Assembly (NCBI GenBank): GCA_905215525.1
Contig: CAJMQJ010000002.1
Location: 85,227-149,226, forward strand
DNA length: 64,000 bases
Direction of reading: 5' to 3'
Source: an uncultured bacterium
GTDB taxonomy: Bacteria; Actinomycetota; Coriobacteriia; Coriobacteriales; Coriobacteriaceae
Made by a program: the position numbers and the translations under genes. This document shows, one piece after another, positions 10,083 to 20,790 of this stretch. The notes beneath the pieces were generated by a model, which made no database searches, was not told where the DNA came from, and saw only the letters and a program-made list of their open reading frames with translations. How positions within the stretch are numbered: the stretch's first letter is position 1; each line of letters opens with the position of its first letter.

Positions 10083-11355
10083 GAATGCCCACGTCGTCGA
10101 CCCGTCCGTCGAGCTTGACGGTGTCGTTGACGTCCTGATTGACGGCGATAAGATCGCCGAGGTCGGCGAGAATCTCGTCGCCGAGGGAGCCGAGGTCCGC
10201 GACCTTTCCGGCAAGTACCTCGTCCCCGGCCTGGTGGATATGCACGTTCACCTTCGCGAGCCTGGCTACGAGGTCAAAGAGGACATCGAGAGCGGCACCC
10301 GCGCTGCTGCCAAGGGCGGCTTTACCGGCGTGTGCGCCATGCCCAACACCGATCCCGTCACCGATAACGGCACCGTCGTGGAGTTCGTCAAGTCCCGCGC
10401 TGCCGAGGTTGGTCACTGCCGCGTCTATCCGTCGGGCGCCATGACCCGCGGTCTTAAGGGCGAGGCCATGTCCGAGATGGGCGATATGGTCGCCCACGGC
10501 GCCGTCGCCTTTACCGACGACGGTCGCGGCGTGCAGGGCGCGGGCATGCTCCGTCGCTGCATGGACTACGGCAAAATGTTCGGCAAGGTCTTTATGAGCC
10601 ACTGCCAGGACGAGGATTTGGTCGGCCACGGCCAGATCAACGAGGGCAAGGTCTCGACTCGTCTGGCCCTCGAGGGCTGGCCGGCTGCCGGCGAGGAGCT
10701 CCAGATTGCTCGCGACATCGAGATCGCCAAGCTGACCGGTGCCAAGCTGCACATCCAGCACATCTCCACCGCCCATGGCTTGGAGATCGTGCGTGCCGGT
10801 AAGGCCGCTGGCGTTCAGGTTACCTGCGAGGCCACCCCGCACCACATGTTCCTGACCGAGAACGACCTGGACGAGACCTACAACACCTCGCTCAAGGTCA
10901 ACCCGCCGCTGCGTTCCGAGGAAGATGCCGAGGCCATCCGTCAGGGCGTCATTGACGGCACCGTCGACGCTATTGTCACCGATCACGCTCCCCACACCCC
11001 GTGGGAGAAGGCCCGCGAGTTTGAGCTCGCGCCCTTTGGCATGATCGGCCTCGAGACCTCGCTGTCGCTCGTGCTCACCGAGTTGGTCAACACCGGTAAG
11101 ATGGGCATTGATCGCATGGTCGAGCTCATGGCCATCAAGCCGCGCGAGATCCTGGGTCTGGACCAGGTTCAGGTCAAGGCGGGCTCCGTTGCCGACCTGA
11201 CCGTCTTCGACACGTCCGCCACCTGGACGGTCGGCGAGGACGGCTACGAGTCGCGCGCCGAGAACTCCGGTTTTGCCGGCCGCGCGCTCACCGGTCGTGC
11301 CACCGATGTGTTTGTCGGCGGTAAGCAGACGCTTGCCGACGGCTGCATCTGCTAG
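10066..11355 (+). CDS. pyrC: Dihydroorotase
   Basis: Metal-binding motifs DMHVHLREPG and DHAPH. The ORF-track start (TTG 10051) was trimmed to ATG 10066 (MALLLKNAHVVDP). Confidence 0.9.
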
Positions 11356-11447
11356 CATAGCCTTATCGCTTTTGTGCGCGGCGCCCTTGCGGTGCCGCGC
11401 TTTCTGTTCGCCTGAACCATGCAACCGCATGGGGGATTGGAGCGTCT

Positions 11448-12239
11448 ATGCCCACACCTTCCACTGCACGCATGCACGACTTCGAGGTCGTCTCGAACCG
11501 GGAGATTGCCGACGGCATCTTCTCGCTCGTCATCTCGGCCCCCAAGCTTGCAAGTGCGCTCAAGCCCGGTCAGTTTGTGAACATCGCCGTACCCGGCGAT
11601 GCGTCCTCGCTGCTTCGCGTGCCCCTGAGCTTCTATCGCGCCGACGCCGAGGCCGGCACCGTCGAGCTGTGGTACGCCGTCGTGGGCGATGATACCCGCC
11701 GTCTGTCGCAGATGGCCCCTGGCTCCACCTCCAATCTGCTGGGCCCTGGCGGCCGCGGTTGGTTCGTGCCCGAGGGTACCAGGAAGGCACTGCTCGTCGC
11801 CGGCGGCATCGGCGTTCCGCCCGTGCTCTGCCTGGCCGATATGCTTGCCGAGCAGGGTGTGGACGTTGACGTGTGCCTGGGCTTTGGCACCGCGTCTAAG
11901 GCCGTGGGCGTCGATGAGTTCCGCGCGCTGGGAGCCACGGTTAACGTGTGCACCGACGACGGCTCGCTGGGCACGCGCGGCTTCTGCACCGATCCTGCCG
12001 CCGAGCTGCTCGGCGAGGGCGGTTACGACTACGTCGCCAGCTGCGGTCCCGCCGTCATGATGAAGAAGGTCGCCGCCGCTGCCGCCGAGGCCGGCGCGTA
12101 CTGCGAGGTGTCGCTCGAGCGCATGATGAGCTGCGGCTTTGGTGCCTGCAACACCTGCAATGTCGAGACGGTCGACGGTATGAAGGGCGCCTGCATGTGC
12201 GGCCCCGTGTTTGATGCTTCCAAGGTGGTGGTCTTCTAA
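11448..12239 (+). CDS. pyrK: Dihydroorotate dehydrogenase electron-transfer subunit (FAD/2Fe-2S)
   Basis: Ferredoxin-reductase-like fold with a C-terminal CGFGACNTCN…CMCGP cysteine cluster. Immediately precedes pyrD. Confidence 0.9.
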   Translation: MPTPSTARMHDFEVVSNREIADGIFSLVISAPKLASALKPGQFVNIAVPGDASSLLRVPLSFYRADAEAGTVELWYAVVGDDTRRLSQMAPGSTSNLLGPGGRGWFVPEGTRKALLVAGGIGVPPVLCLADMLAEQGVDVDVCLGFGTASKAVGVDEFRALGATVNVCTDDGSLGTRGFCTDPAAELLGEGGYDYVASCGPAVMMKKVAAAAAEAGAYCEVSLERMMSCGFGACNTCNVETVDGMKGACMCGPVFDASKVVVF

Positions 12240-13162
12240 TGGGTACCGTGAACATGGCCGTCGATTTCGGCGGCGTCAAGATGCAGAACCCCATCAACAC
12301 CGCAGCCGGTACCTTTGGCTACGGTTGGCAGTTCCAGAACTTCTTCGATGTCTCCCAGCTGGGCGCCATCACCACCAAGGGCTGCGCTGCCGAGCCCTGG
12401 CCCGGCAATCCCGCACCCCGCATGGCCGAGATCCCTGGCGGCATGATTAATTCCGTGGGCCTGCAGAACCCCGGTGTGGCCGCTTTCGCCCGCGAGTCCG
12501 GTCCGTGGCTCGAGCAGCTCTCCAAGGACGGTTGCCAGGTCATTTGCCAGGTTGCCGGTCATTCCGTGGACGAGTTTGTCCGTGCGCTCGAGATGTATGT
12601 CGAGCTGTGCCCCTGGGCTGCCGGCTATGAGATCAACGTGAGCTGCCCCAACATTGCCGCTGGCGGTGCCGCCATGGGCTCCACGCCCGAGGGCGCCTCT
12701 GCTGTCATGGCCGCGTGCCGCAAGGTGACCGACAAGCCGCTGTTTGTGAAGATGGCCCCGGTCAACGTCGCCGAGATCGCCAAGTCCCTCGAGGCCGCCG
12801 GCGCCGACGGCCTTTCGGTCATCAATTCCATCCAGGGTATGGCCATCGACGTCCATACCCGCAAGTCGCGTGTGGCCAAGCCCAAGGGCGGTCTTTCGGG
12901 CCCGCTGTGCCATCACATCGCCGTGCGTATGGTCTGGGAGGTTGCCCAAGCCGTCGATATCCCCATCAACGGCGTCGGCGGTGTCATGACCGGCGAGGAT
13001 GCTGCCGAGTTTATCCTGGCCGGCGCCACCTGCGTGTCGGTCGGTATGGCCAACTTTGTCGATCCGTGCGCTTCGATTAAGATCGCGCGCGAGCTCGAGG
13101 CTTGGGCAGAGTCCCAGGGCGTGAAGGATATCAACGAGCTGGTAGGTGCTTTCGAATGCTAG
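12239..13162 (+). CDS. pyrD: Dihydroorotate dehydrogenase catalytic subunit (class 1B)
   Basis: Motifs MQNPINTAAGTFGYG, NSVGLQNPG and SCPN. Start overlaps the pyrK stop. Confidence 0.95.
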   Translation: MGTVNMAVDFGGVKMQNPINTAAGTFGYGWQFQNFFDVSQLGAITTKGCAAEPWPGNPAPRMAEIPGGMINSVGLQNPGVAAFARESGPWLEQLSKDGCQVICQVAGHSVDEFVRALEMYVELCPWAAGYEINVSCPNIAAGGAAMGSTPEGASAVMAACRKVTDKPLFVKMAPVNVAEIAKSLEAAGADGLSVINSIQGMAIDVHTRKSRVAKPKGGLSGPLCHHIAVRMVWEVAQAVDIPINGVGGVMTGEDAAEFILAGATCVSVGMANFVDPCASIKIARELEAWAESQGVKDINELVGAFEC

Positions 13163-13872
13163 AGAATGATGCCCGCGACCGTGTTATCGTCGCCCTCGAC
13201 TGCGATCGTGAGCGTGCGCTCGAGCTCGCCCATGAGCTTTCGGGCCACGCCGTCTGGCTCAAGGTGGGCATGACGCTCTATTACGCCGAGGGTCCCGAGA
13301 TCGTCAAGACGTTCAAGGACTTGGGCTTCAAGGTCTTCCTCGACCTTAAGTTCCATGACATTCCGCATCAGGTGCGCGGTGCCGCCCGTTCGGCCTCGCT
13401 TGCCGGTGCCGACCTGCTCTCGGTCCACGGCTTGGGTTCGGGCGCTATGCTCGCCGCGTGCCGTGAGGGTGCCGAGGAGGCGCGCGAGGACCGCGCCAAA
13501 CTCGTCGCCATTACCGTGCTCACGAGTATGAATCAGGATGCCTTGAGCGAGATCGGCGTCGAGTCTCCCGTGGCCGAGGAAGCCGCCCGTCTGGCAAAGC
13601 TTGCCCAGACCAACGGCATCGACGGCATCGTGTGCTCGCCGATGGAGGCTCACGACATGCGTGAGCTGCTGGGTCCTGATGCCCTGATCGTGACTCCGGG
13701 TGTGCGTCCGGTGGGTGCCGCCCTTGGTGACCAGTCCCGCGTGGCGACGCCTTCCCAGGCTATCGAGCGTGGCGCAAGCCACATTGTGGTGGGCCGTCCC
13801 ATCACCGGTGCCGACGATCCGGTTGCCGCCTTTGACGCCATCGTCGCCGAGCTGGTCGAAAACGTCGCGTAA
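13156..13872 (+). CDS. pyrF: Orotidine-5'-phosphate decarboxylase
   Basis: VIVALD and LKVGM motifs. ATG 13156 overlaps the pyrD stop (ATGCTAG). The ORF-track start at 13102 lies in a different frame from pyrD and was trimmed. Confidence 0.9.
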   Translation: MLENDARDRVIVALDCDRERALELAHELSGHAVWLKVGMTLYYAEGPEIVKTFKDLGFKVFLDLKFHDIPHQVRGAARSASLAGADLLSVHGLGSGAMLAACREGAEEAREDRAKLVAITVLTSMNQDALSEIGVESPVAEEAARLAKLAQTNGIDGIVCSPMEAHDMRELLGPDALIVTPGVRPVGAALGDQSRVATPSQAIERGASHIVVGRPITGADDPVAAFDAIVAELVENVA

Positions 13873-14111
13873 AAGATTCCCCTAAGTCACCACTTTTGGG
13901 TCTTATTAGCACAAAATAGCCCCTGTGCCTGCGTAAACTTTCCCATCCTTTGTGTGGAATCGCAGGTCAGGGGCTTAACTTTGGGCGCAGTATATTGCAC
14001 TTTTTGCGGGTATCGTCTAACCTATGGAGCCGCGATTAGGCATTTTGTACGTTCTACGTGCTAAAATGCCAATTATTGAATCAGATATAACCCAACTATT
14101 TGGAGGTACGA

Positions 14112-14420
14112 ATGGCACTCCCTCAGCTTACCGACGAGCAGCGCAAGCAGGCTCTTGAGAAGGCTGCCGCCGCACGTCACGCCCGCGCTGAGCTTCGCGA
14201 GCAGATCAAGAAGGGCGAGAAGTCCCTCGAGTCCGTGCTCAACTCCGATGACCCCATCGCTTCCCGCATGAAGGTTTCCACCCTCATCGAGTCTCTCCCC
14301 GGTTATGGCAAGGCCAAGGCCGCCAAGATCATGGAGGAGCTCGGTATCTCCGCTACTCGTCGCGTCCAGGGCCTCGGCGTCCGTCAGCGCGAGCAGCTCC
14401 TCGAGCAGCTGACCAAATAA
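14112..14420 (+). CDS. mihF: Actinobacterial integration host factor (mIHF)
   Basis: About 100 aa basic HhH-type protein immediately upstream of gmk and rpoZ, the conserved actinobacterial mihF-gmk-rpoZ arrangement. ATG 14112 follows GGAGG. Confidence 0.7.
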   Translation: MALPQLTDEQRKQALEKAAAARHARAELREQIKKGEKSLESVLNSDDPIASRMKVSTLIESLPGYGKAKAAKIMEELGISATRRVQGLGVRQREQLLEQLTK

Positions 14421-14990
14421 GTGAGCGCTCAGGATTCCAAGCTCTTTGTGATTTCTGGACCGTCAGGCGCAGGCAAGGGTACGCTCGTCACTCGTGTGCG
14501 CGAGCGCCGCTCGAACCTGGGTCTGACGGTTTCGGCTACCACGCGAGCACCACGCAAAGGTGAGGTCGACGGCGTCAACTATTTTTTTCTGACGCGCGAG
14601 GAGTTCGACCGCCGCGTGGCAAACGGTGAGTTTGTTGAGTGGGCCGAGGTCCACGGTAACTGCTACGGCACGTTGGTGAGCGAGGTCACATCCAAGCTCG
14701 CCTCGGGCTCGTCTCTGATTTTGGAGATCGATGTCCAGGGCGCCCTGCAGGTGAAGGAGCGTTTCCCCGAGGCCGTGCTGATCTTTATCAAGCCGCCTTC
14801 GCTTGAGGTGCTCCGCGAGCGTCTGGTCGGTCGCGGTACCGAGACGCCCGAGACGATTGAGCTGCGTATGGCAAACGCCGCCGATGAGCTTGCCCTTGCC
14901 GACCGCTACGACGACGTCGTGGTGAATGACGATCTCGACCGCGCGACCGATGAGCTCGTTCGCGTTCTCGATATGCATGAAAGGATCTGA
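14421..14990 (+). CDS. gmk: Guanylate kinase
   Basis: P-loop ISGPSGAGKGTL. Guanylate kinase fold signature. Confidence 0.95.
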   Translation: MSAQDSKLFVISGPSGAGKGTLVTRVRERRSNLGLTVSATTRAPRKGEVDGVNYFFLTREEFDRRVANGEFVEWAEVHGNCYGTLVSEVTSKLASGSSLILEIDVQGALQVKERFPEAVLIFIKPPSLEVLRERLVGRGTETPETIELRMANAADELALADRYDDVVVNDDLDRATDELVRVLDMHERI

Positions 14991-14995
14991 GGTCC

Positions 14996-15277
14996 GTGTC
15001 CGTTGTAAAGCCTTGCATTGACGATCTTCTGGAGAAGACCGATCACAACCGCTTCCTGCTCGCTTCGCTTGCCTCCAAGCGCGCCTGCGACATCAATAGC
15101 ATGCTGCGTGGCCAGCACAACCGCGTGCTTGCCGTCCAGGATGTCGATGACATCACCATCGGGCTTTCCGGTGCCGATACCATCTCGATGGCTATGGACG
15201 AGATTGTCGACGGCGACATCTCTTACGACGAGGCCCGTTACGAGAAGGCGCTCGGCCACAAGGTTGCTGAAGCCTAA
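14996..15277 (+). CDS. rpoZ: DNA-directed RNA polymerase subunit omega
   Basis: About 90 aa. DDLLEKTDHNRFLLASLASKRA is typical of RpoZ. Sits downstream of gmk. Confidence 0.85.
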   Translation: MSVVKPCIDDLLEKTDHNRFLLASLASKRACDINSMLRGQHNRVLAVQDVDDITIGLSGADTISMAMDEIVDGDISYDEARYEKALGHKVAEA

Positions 15278-16522
15278 ATGGCAGCTCGCGTCTGCCTGGT
15301 CCACTATCACGAGGTTGGACTGAAGGGCAAGAACCGCGCACATTTTGAGCATATCCTCATGGATAACATCAAGGCGGCCTTGGCCGCCTTTTCCGTGAAC
15401 GCCGTGTCTCGAATTTCCGGTTATATCCTCGTGACCTTTAACGAACATCAGGCCGATGAGGCGGCGCGTGTCATTCGCACCGTTCCCGGCGTTGCCCGTG
15501 TGTCTTTGGCGTATCACACCAACCGCGACCCGCAGGAGTACTGCGCTGCCGCCGTGAAGGCGCTGCGCGAGTTTGGTTCCTTCGATTCGTTTAAGGTGCA
15601 CGCCAAGCGCTCCAATACTGACTATGAGCTCACCTCGATCGATATCAATCGTCAGGTGGGCGAGGTGCTGTGTGAGGCCTTCCCCGATAAAAAGGTTCAA
15701 ATGCACGACCCCGATGCAATGGTGCACGTACTGGTGGTCCAGGGTAGCGTTTACGTGTACGCACGCTCCGAGCGCGGCGTGGGCGGTCTGCCGGTGGGTT
15801 CTGCCGGCAAGGTCGTGACGCTGCTGTCCTCGGGTATCGATTCTCCGGTGGCGACCTGGATGCTCGCGCGCCGCGGCGCGGTTTGCGTGCCGGTACATTT
15901 CTCCGGTCGTCCGCAGACGCCCGATACGAGTGAGTATTTGGTGCAGGATATCATCCGTGCGCTTGAGCCGGGTGTCCAGATCGGCCGCCTGTACGTGGTG
16001 CCGTTTGGCGACTGCCAGCGTGAGATTTCGGTCACCTGCCCCAGCAACCTGCGTGTGATCATGTATCGTCGCATTATGTATTCGGTTGCCGAGCGCATTG
16101 CGCACATCGAGGGCGCCAAGGCCATCGTTACGGGCGAATCGCTTGGGCAGGTTGCCTCCCAAACGCTTGAGAACATCATGGCCGTCAACGAGGCCGTGAA
16201 GATCCCCGTGTTCCGTCCGCTCATCGGTTCGGACAAGCAGGAGATCATCGCGCGTGCTGAGGAGATCGGTACGTTCGATATCTCGACTGAGGCCGCTCCC
16301 GACTGCTGCACGCTGTTTATGCCGCGCCGACCCGAGACGCACGCTAAACTCGATGCCGTGCATGAGGCCTGGGAGTTGTTCGATCATGAGGAGATGATCG
16401 AGCGCCTGCTCAAGCAGACCGAGTACATCGACTTCGAGAGCAACACGTATAAGGCCCCTAAGACCTTAAAACGCAAACATTCGGAGCTTGCTCCGCGTGA
16501 GATTTACCAAGATTACGAGTAA
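15278..16522 (+). CDS. thiI: tRNA 4-thiouridine synthase ThiI (THUMP plus PP-loop ATPase)
   Basis: PP-loop LLSSGIDSPVA and an N-terminal THUMP-like region. No rhodanese domain. Confidence 0.9.
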   Translation: MAARVCLVHYHEVGLKGKNRAHFEHILMDNIKAALAAFSVNAVSRISGYILVTFNEHQADEAARVIRTVPGVARVSLAYHTNRDPQEYCAAAVKALREFGSFDSFKVHAKRSNTDYELTSIDINRQVGEVLCEAFPDKKVQMHDPDAMVHVLVVQGSVYVYARSERGVGGLPVGSAGKVVTLLSSGIDSPVATWMLARRGAVCVPVHFSGRPQTPDTSEYLVQDIIRALEPGVQIGRLYVVPFGDCQREISVTCPSNLRVIMYRRIMYSVAERIAHIEGAKAIVTGESLGQVASQTLENIMAVNEAVKIPVFRPLIGSDKQEIIARAEEIGTFDISTEAAPDCCTLFMPRRPETHAKLDAVHEAWELFDHEEMIERLLKQTEYIDFESNTYKAPKTLKRKHSELAPREIYQDYE

Positions 16523-16532
16523 ATTTGTGCAT

Positions 16533-16566
16533 AGACCGACGATGCGCCTGCATCGTCGGTCTTTTG
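16533..16566 (+). terminator. Rho-independent terminator after thiI
   Basis: AGACCGACGATG-CGCCTG-CATCGTCGGTCT 12 bp stem followed by TTT. Confidence 0.7.
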
Positions 16567-16657
16567 CTATCTGGGCATTTTGCGGCTAAGCGTTCATTTG
16601 CTGACGTGTGCCTGAATAAATGGACAGATTTGTGCAAGGTTTTGGTCGGTTTTTGGT

Positions 16658-17449
16658 TTGACCGCAAAAACCGGTTTTGGGGCGTGGCTGTTGTGGAGCT
16701 CCTTTCCTGACACGATGGTGTTGGGAGGTTTTGCTATGGCGCAGCGCGAACAACACGAACGAGTCAAAAAGATGGACCGCTGGGCGGGCAAACTGCTCGG
16801 TCATAAGGCAGTGGTGATGGCGATACTGGTCGTCATTGCGATGGCGAGTGGGCTGGCGATGGCGAACCTTGGCGGCGGTGCCGGCGGTGTGTCGTTTGAG
16901 CACACTGATGGTTCGGGCACGTTAGTGGAGCCGGGATCCGGCGATGCTTCGAGCGGAAAGACATCCGAAGGCTCTTCGCCTAAGGCGTCTGCCGCGGCAG
17001 AGGTCTATGTCGATGTTGATGGCGCCGTGGTGTCACCCGGTGTATATCGCCTCAAAGACGGGGCGCGGGTGGCTCAGGCGATTGATGCCGCCGGCGGGCT
17101 GGCGCCCGAAGCAGACGTTACGGGGCTTAATCGTGCATCCAAGGTCACTGATGGACAAAAAATTCACGTTCCAACGGTAGGGGAGCAGCAGGCGTCCATT
17201 GCGGAAGCCGGTGTTGATGGTGGGACTTCCGCATCGTCGGGCGTTAGTGGCGCAACAGGCCTAGTAAACATCAATACGGCAAGCGCAGAAGAGCTGCAGA
17301 CGCTTTCGGGCATCGGCCCCTCCATGGCCCAGTCGATTATCGATGAGCGGACAAAGAACGGTGCTTTCGCCTCGGTTGACGATCTGATGCGTGTGTCGGG
17401 AATCGGCGAGAAGAAGCTTGCCAAAATCAAAGATTGCATCTGCGTATGA
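16658..17449 (+). CDS. comEA: ComEA-like DNA receptor (SLBB plus tandem helix-hairpin-helix)
   Basis: C-terminal NINTASAEELQTLSGIGPSMAQSIIDER…VSGIGEKKLAKI (HhH x2). The true start is probably internal, at the Met before the TM helix. Confidence 0.8.
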   Translation: MTAKTGFGAWLLWSSFPDTMVLGGFAMAQREQHERVKKMDRWAGKLLGHKAVVMAILVVIAMASGLAMANLGGGAGGVSFEHTDGSGTLVEPGSGDASSGKTSEGSSPKASAAAEVYVDVDGAVVSPGVYRLKDGARVAQAIDAAGGLAPEADVTGLNRASKVTDGQKIHVPTVGEQQASIAEAGVDGGTSASSGVSGATGLVNINTASAEELQTLSGIGPSMAQSIIDERTKNGAFASVDDLMRVSGIGEKKLAKIKDCICV

Positions 17450-19749
17450 GCGCGACCGAGCGCGAGCACGTGATGCCTCCGCGACCCCTGATTCCGTGGA
17501 CGATGGCCCTGTGTGCCGGCATGTGCGTGAGCTGCGCCTTGGTGCTCAGCATAGCCGCTGATGCGCTGCTGAGGGAGCGGGCGACGGCGGTCGGGCCGCT
17601 ATGGGCCATTCCCGTTGCGGCAGCGGTTTTCGTTGTGCTGGCTCACTCTTGTGCGCGGCTTGCCCCTTTGAAGCGGTGGCTGTATGCCGCGTCCGCCGGT
17701 CTCGTGGCGGGAGCGGTCGTCTCGGCGTGGTGGGCTGTGGGTGTGCTCAGCGCCTCGAAGGCGCTCGACGGTCGAGCGGCAAGCGGCCTCGAGTTTGTCG
17801 TGCAGGGTGATCCATCCATAAACGACGACGTGTATTCCTATACCTGCGAGGCACGCGCGGACGGTAAGAACTTGGCAGCGGTTCGCCTATCGTGTGATCG
17901 TGAGCTCAAGGTCGGGGCGCACGTGCGTGTTATCGGTCGCGTTTCGCGTTTTGAGAACGATGCATATGGACGATCGCGCGTGCTCCGAGGCGAGGTGCGT
18001 AAGGTTAAAGTCGTTCGGATTGTGTCGGTCGATGAGGGTTCTCCGGGGCCGCTGCTTCGGCTGCGAAATGGGCTGCTTGCGTCCATCGCGCCTGCGACCG
18101 ACCCGGCGCGTGCGCTCATAGCCGGTGTCGTCTGCGGTCGTTCGGCCGAGCTGCGCGCCCAGCCGGCGGGCGACTGGTTTTCTGTGACGGGAACGGCACA
18201 TCTTATCGCCGTCTCGGGCAGCCATTTGGCTATCGTGGGGTTTGTAATCGAGGGCGTATTGCAAAAGACTCGGTGCTCACGTGGTCTTCAGCGGGCGATA
18301 TTGGCGATAACGCTTGTGGGCTACGCTGCATTTACGGGCGCGTCTCCCTCGGCCGTGCGCGCGTGCTGCATGGTGTTCGTGACGCTTGTCGTAAACGACG
18401 CGGGGCGTCGTCGGCACGGCCTTTCGGCACTCTTCGTAACCATGTCCATCTTTGTGCTACTGCGGCCGACGGTGCTGTTCGAGATGGGCTTTCAGCTATC
18501 ATGTGCCAGCGTCTTAGCCATTCTGTGCTTTTGCCCCTATGCGACCTATGCTTTGGGTGAGCTGGGTGTGCCATCGGGCGTTACCAGCGTGTTTTCCGTC
18601 ACGCTGTGCTCGCAACTGGCGACACTTCCCATTACCATTCCTGCCTTCGGTACATTCTCGCTCATTGCTCCGTTGTCAAATGCGGTCATCGGTCCGGTGG
18701 TGAGCGTTCTGCTCGCTGTGTCGATCGTGCTGGCTCCCTTTTCGCTCGTGGGACCGTTGCGGACTTGGGCGCTCGTTGTGCCCATGATTGCCGCCCGTTG
18801 CGCGCTGTTCTTCGAGCAGCTGTTTGCCGCCGTGCCGGGTGCATACGTGAGCGTGCCGCCCGATAGCATGTGGATTTACCTATTGCCGTGTTTTCTGGCG
18901 GTTCTGCTGGTCTGGTGGCCGCGTCCCCGTGCACGTCCTATGGCGGCGGGGCTTGCATGCCTGATGCTCTTGGCTGCGATTCCGTACGTCTATTGGGATC
19001 GATTCGCTCCGCCTTCGGTGACGGTGCTCGATGTGGGCCAGGCCGATGCGATTCTTATCCGCCAAGGCGGCGCAGTAGCGCTCGTCGACTGCGGGCTCGA
19101 CGAGCGCGTGGTGGCGGCGTTGGTTCGCAATAACGTGCACCATATCGATGCCGTCTTTGTGACGCATTGGGATGAGGACCACTGGGGTGGTTTGCCTGCC
19201 GTGCTCGAACAGTTTTCGGTCGGAACGATTGCCGTGGCGGCGGATGCGCTGGAGGATGCTCCTGCCGAGGTATTGAACCGACCTGGCGTGGAGTATCGGC
19301 AGGTGCGCCGTGGGGATACGGTCGACATCGGCTCATTTTGCGCCCGCGTGATGTGGCCATTCGAGTCCGTGGATGGCGAGGGAAATGAGGACTCGCTTGT
19401 CCTGCTGCTCTCTTATGTTCAGGAAGGTAAGGGCCTGCGAATACTTCTCACCGGTGATGCCGAGCTCGACCAAGAACGGGAATTCGTGCAGGAGGTGGGG
19501 GATATCGATGTACTTAAACTTGGGCATCACGGCTCCAAGGTTTCAGTCGATGGTGAGTTGCTGGACGTCCTGAAGCCCGAGCTTTCCCTCGCAAGCGCCG
19601 GTGAGGGGAATCGATACGGCCATCCGTCCGATGCCTGCATCGATGCCGTTAAGGAAGCGGGTGGTGTGTTCGCGTGTACCATCGAACACGGCGACATTAC
19701 CGTCGCACCGACTGCGAATGGCTTTGTGATGCGATGCCAGCGACCGTGA
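17434..19749 (+). CDS. comEC: DNA internalization channel ComEC/Rec2 with C-terminal metallo-beta-lactamase domain
   Basis: Polytopic membrane N-terminus, competence domain (HLIAVSGSHL) and C-terminal MBL fold (VTVLDVGQADAILI…HWDEDH). Confidence 0.85.
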   Translation: MHLRMSATEREHVMPPRPLIPWTMALCAGMCVSCALVLSIAADALLRERATAVGPLWAIPVAAAVFVVLAHSCARLAPLKRWLYAASAGLVAGAVVSAWWAVGVLSASKALDGRAASGLEFVVQGDPSINDDVYSYTCEARADGKNLAAVRLSCDRELKVGAHVRVIGRVSRFENDAYGRSRVLRGEVRKVKVVRIVSVDEGSPGPLLRLRNGLLASIAPATDPARALIAGVVCGRSAELRAQPAGDWFSVTGTAHLIAVSGSHLAIVGFVIEGVLQKTRCSRGLQRAILAITLVGYAAFTGASPSAVRACCMVFVTLVVNDAGRRRHGLSALFVTMSIFVLLRPTVLFEMGFQLSCASVLAILCFCPYATYALGELGVPSGVTSVFSVTLCSQLATLPITIPAFGTFSLIAPLSNAVIGPVVSVLLAVSIVLAPFSLVGPLRTWALVVPMIAARCALFFEQLFAAVPGAYVSVPPDSMWIYLLPCFLAVLLVWWPRPRARPMAAGLACLMLLAAIPYVYWDRFAPPSVTVLDVGQADAILIRQGGAVALVDCGLDERVVAALVRNNVHHIDAVFVTHWDEDHWGGLPAVLEQFSVGTIAVAADALEDAPAEVLNRPGVEYRQVRRGDTVDIGSFCARVMWPFESVDGEGNEDSLVLLLSYVQEGKGLRILLTGDAELDQEREFVQEVGDIDVLKLGHHGSKVSVDGELLDVLKPELSLASAGEGNRYGHPSDACIDAVKEAGGVFACTIEHGDITVAPTANGFVMRCQRP

Positions 19750-19764
19750 CGACGTCGTTGGCGT

Positions 19765-20790
19765 GTGGTGGGCCCCTGGGCTAGAATGGCACGGAACGAA
19801 TGCGAAGGCCTGCGGGAGGGGAGCGCAATGTCCGAAACCGGTTTGCTGCCGGCATATCTGATCGTCGGTACCGACGGAGTTAAGCGCGATCACGCCGTCT
19901 CGCGTATGAAAGCGCGTCTGGAAAAGTCGGGTATGGTCGAGTTCAACCTCGACGAGCGAGACATGACCAAGGACCCCGATATCGAGTCCATTATCGGATC
20001 GCTTAACACCTTTCCGATGGGCAGCGAGTTTCGTCTGGTAATCCTCGATGGCTGCTCAAAGCTCGCCAAGGCGGTCTCGGAGCCGCTCGTTGGGTATCTG
20101 GCGAGTCCCAGCCCCACTACGGTCTGCCTCATCATCGCCGACTCACTTGCCAAGAATACGCGCCTGTATAAGGCAATCGCCAAGATCGACAAGAAGGCTA
20201 TCGTCAATTGCTCGGGTACCAAGCGCTGGGAACTGCCGCGCCGTGTTCAGCAGATGGCGACGCAGCGCGGTAAGTCGATTTCGACGGCGGCCGCCGAGGA
20301 GCTCGTCTCGCGTTCGGGCGAAAACACGCGCATGCTCGATAACGACTTGGCTAAGCTTGCCCAGATGGTCGAGTCGCCTCAGATTGAACTTGCCGATGTT
20401 GAGCGCTGGATTGTCCGTACGGCCGAGGTTCAACCCTGGGACTTCCTCAACGCCGTCTCGGCTCGCGATATGCGGCGATCGCTCGAGCTCTTCAATCTGC
20501 TGCCCGCCAAGAGCTATGTGTGGACCTACACGCTGCTGTGCGGTCGCATCCGTGAGCTGATCGTCGCCAAGGCGCTCGATGCGCGTGGACAGGGTCGTGA
20601 GCTGGCCGCAACGCTCAAGCTCCAGCCCTGGCAGGTCAAGAATCACCTGACTTGGGCGCGTCGCTTTTCGATGGCAGAGCTCGTCGCAGCGCTCGAGGGT
20701 GCGGTCGATGTGGAGCTCGCGCTCAAGGGCTCTGCCGATTCTGAGACCGCGCTTTTGCTCTGGATTACGAACATCTTGAGAAAATCGTGA
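19765..20790 (+). CDS. holA: DNA polymerase III delta subunit
   Basis: Clamp-loader delta N-terminal domain (LPAYLIVGTD…). Conserved position after comEC. Confidence 0.8.
   Translation: MVGPWARMARNECEGLREGSAMSETGLLPAYLIVGTDGVKRDHAVSRMKARLEKSGMVEFNLDERDMTKDPDIESIIGSLNTFPMGSEFRLVILDGCSKLAKAVSEPLVGYLASPSPTTVCLIIADSLAKNTRLYKAIAKIDKKAIVNCSGTKRWELPRRVQQMATQRGKSISTAAAEELVSRSGENTRMLDNDLAKLAQMVESPQIELADVERWIVRTAEVQPWDFLNAVSARDMRRSLELFNLLPAKSYVWTYTLLCGRIRELIVAKALDARGQGRELAATLKLQPWQVKNHLTWARRFSMAELVAALEGAVDVELALKGSADSETALLLWITNILRKS

Noticed and set aside
13873-14111. Hairpin AGCCCCTG…CAGGGGCT (13918-13975) with a 40 nt loop upstream of mihF
   Set aside because: Long loop, no U-tract, no similarity to a known riboswitch. 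Probably an incidental or weak structure in the pyrF-mihF spacer.
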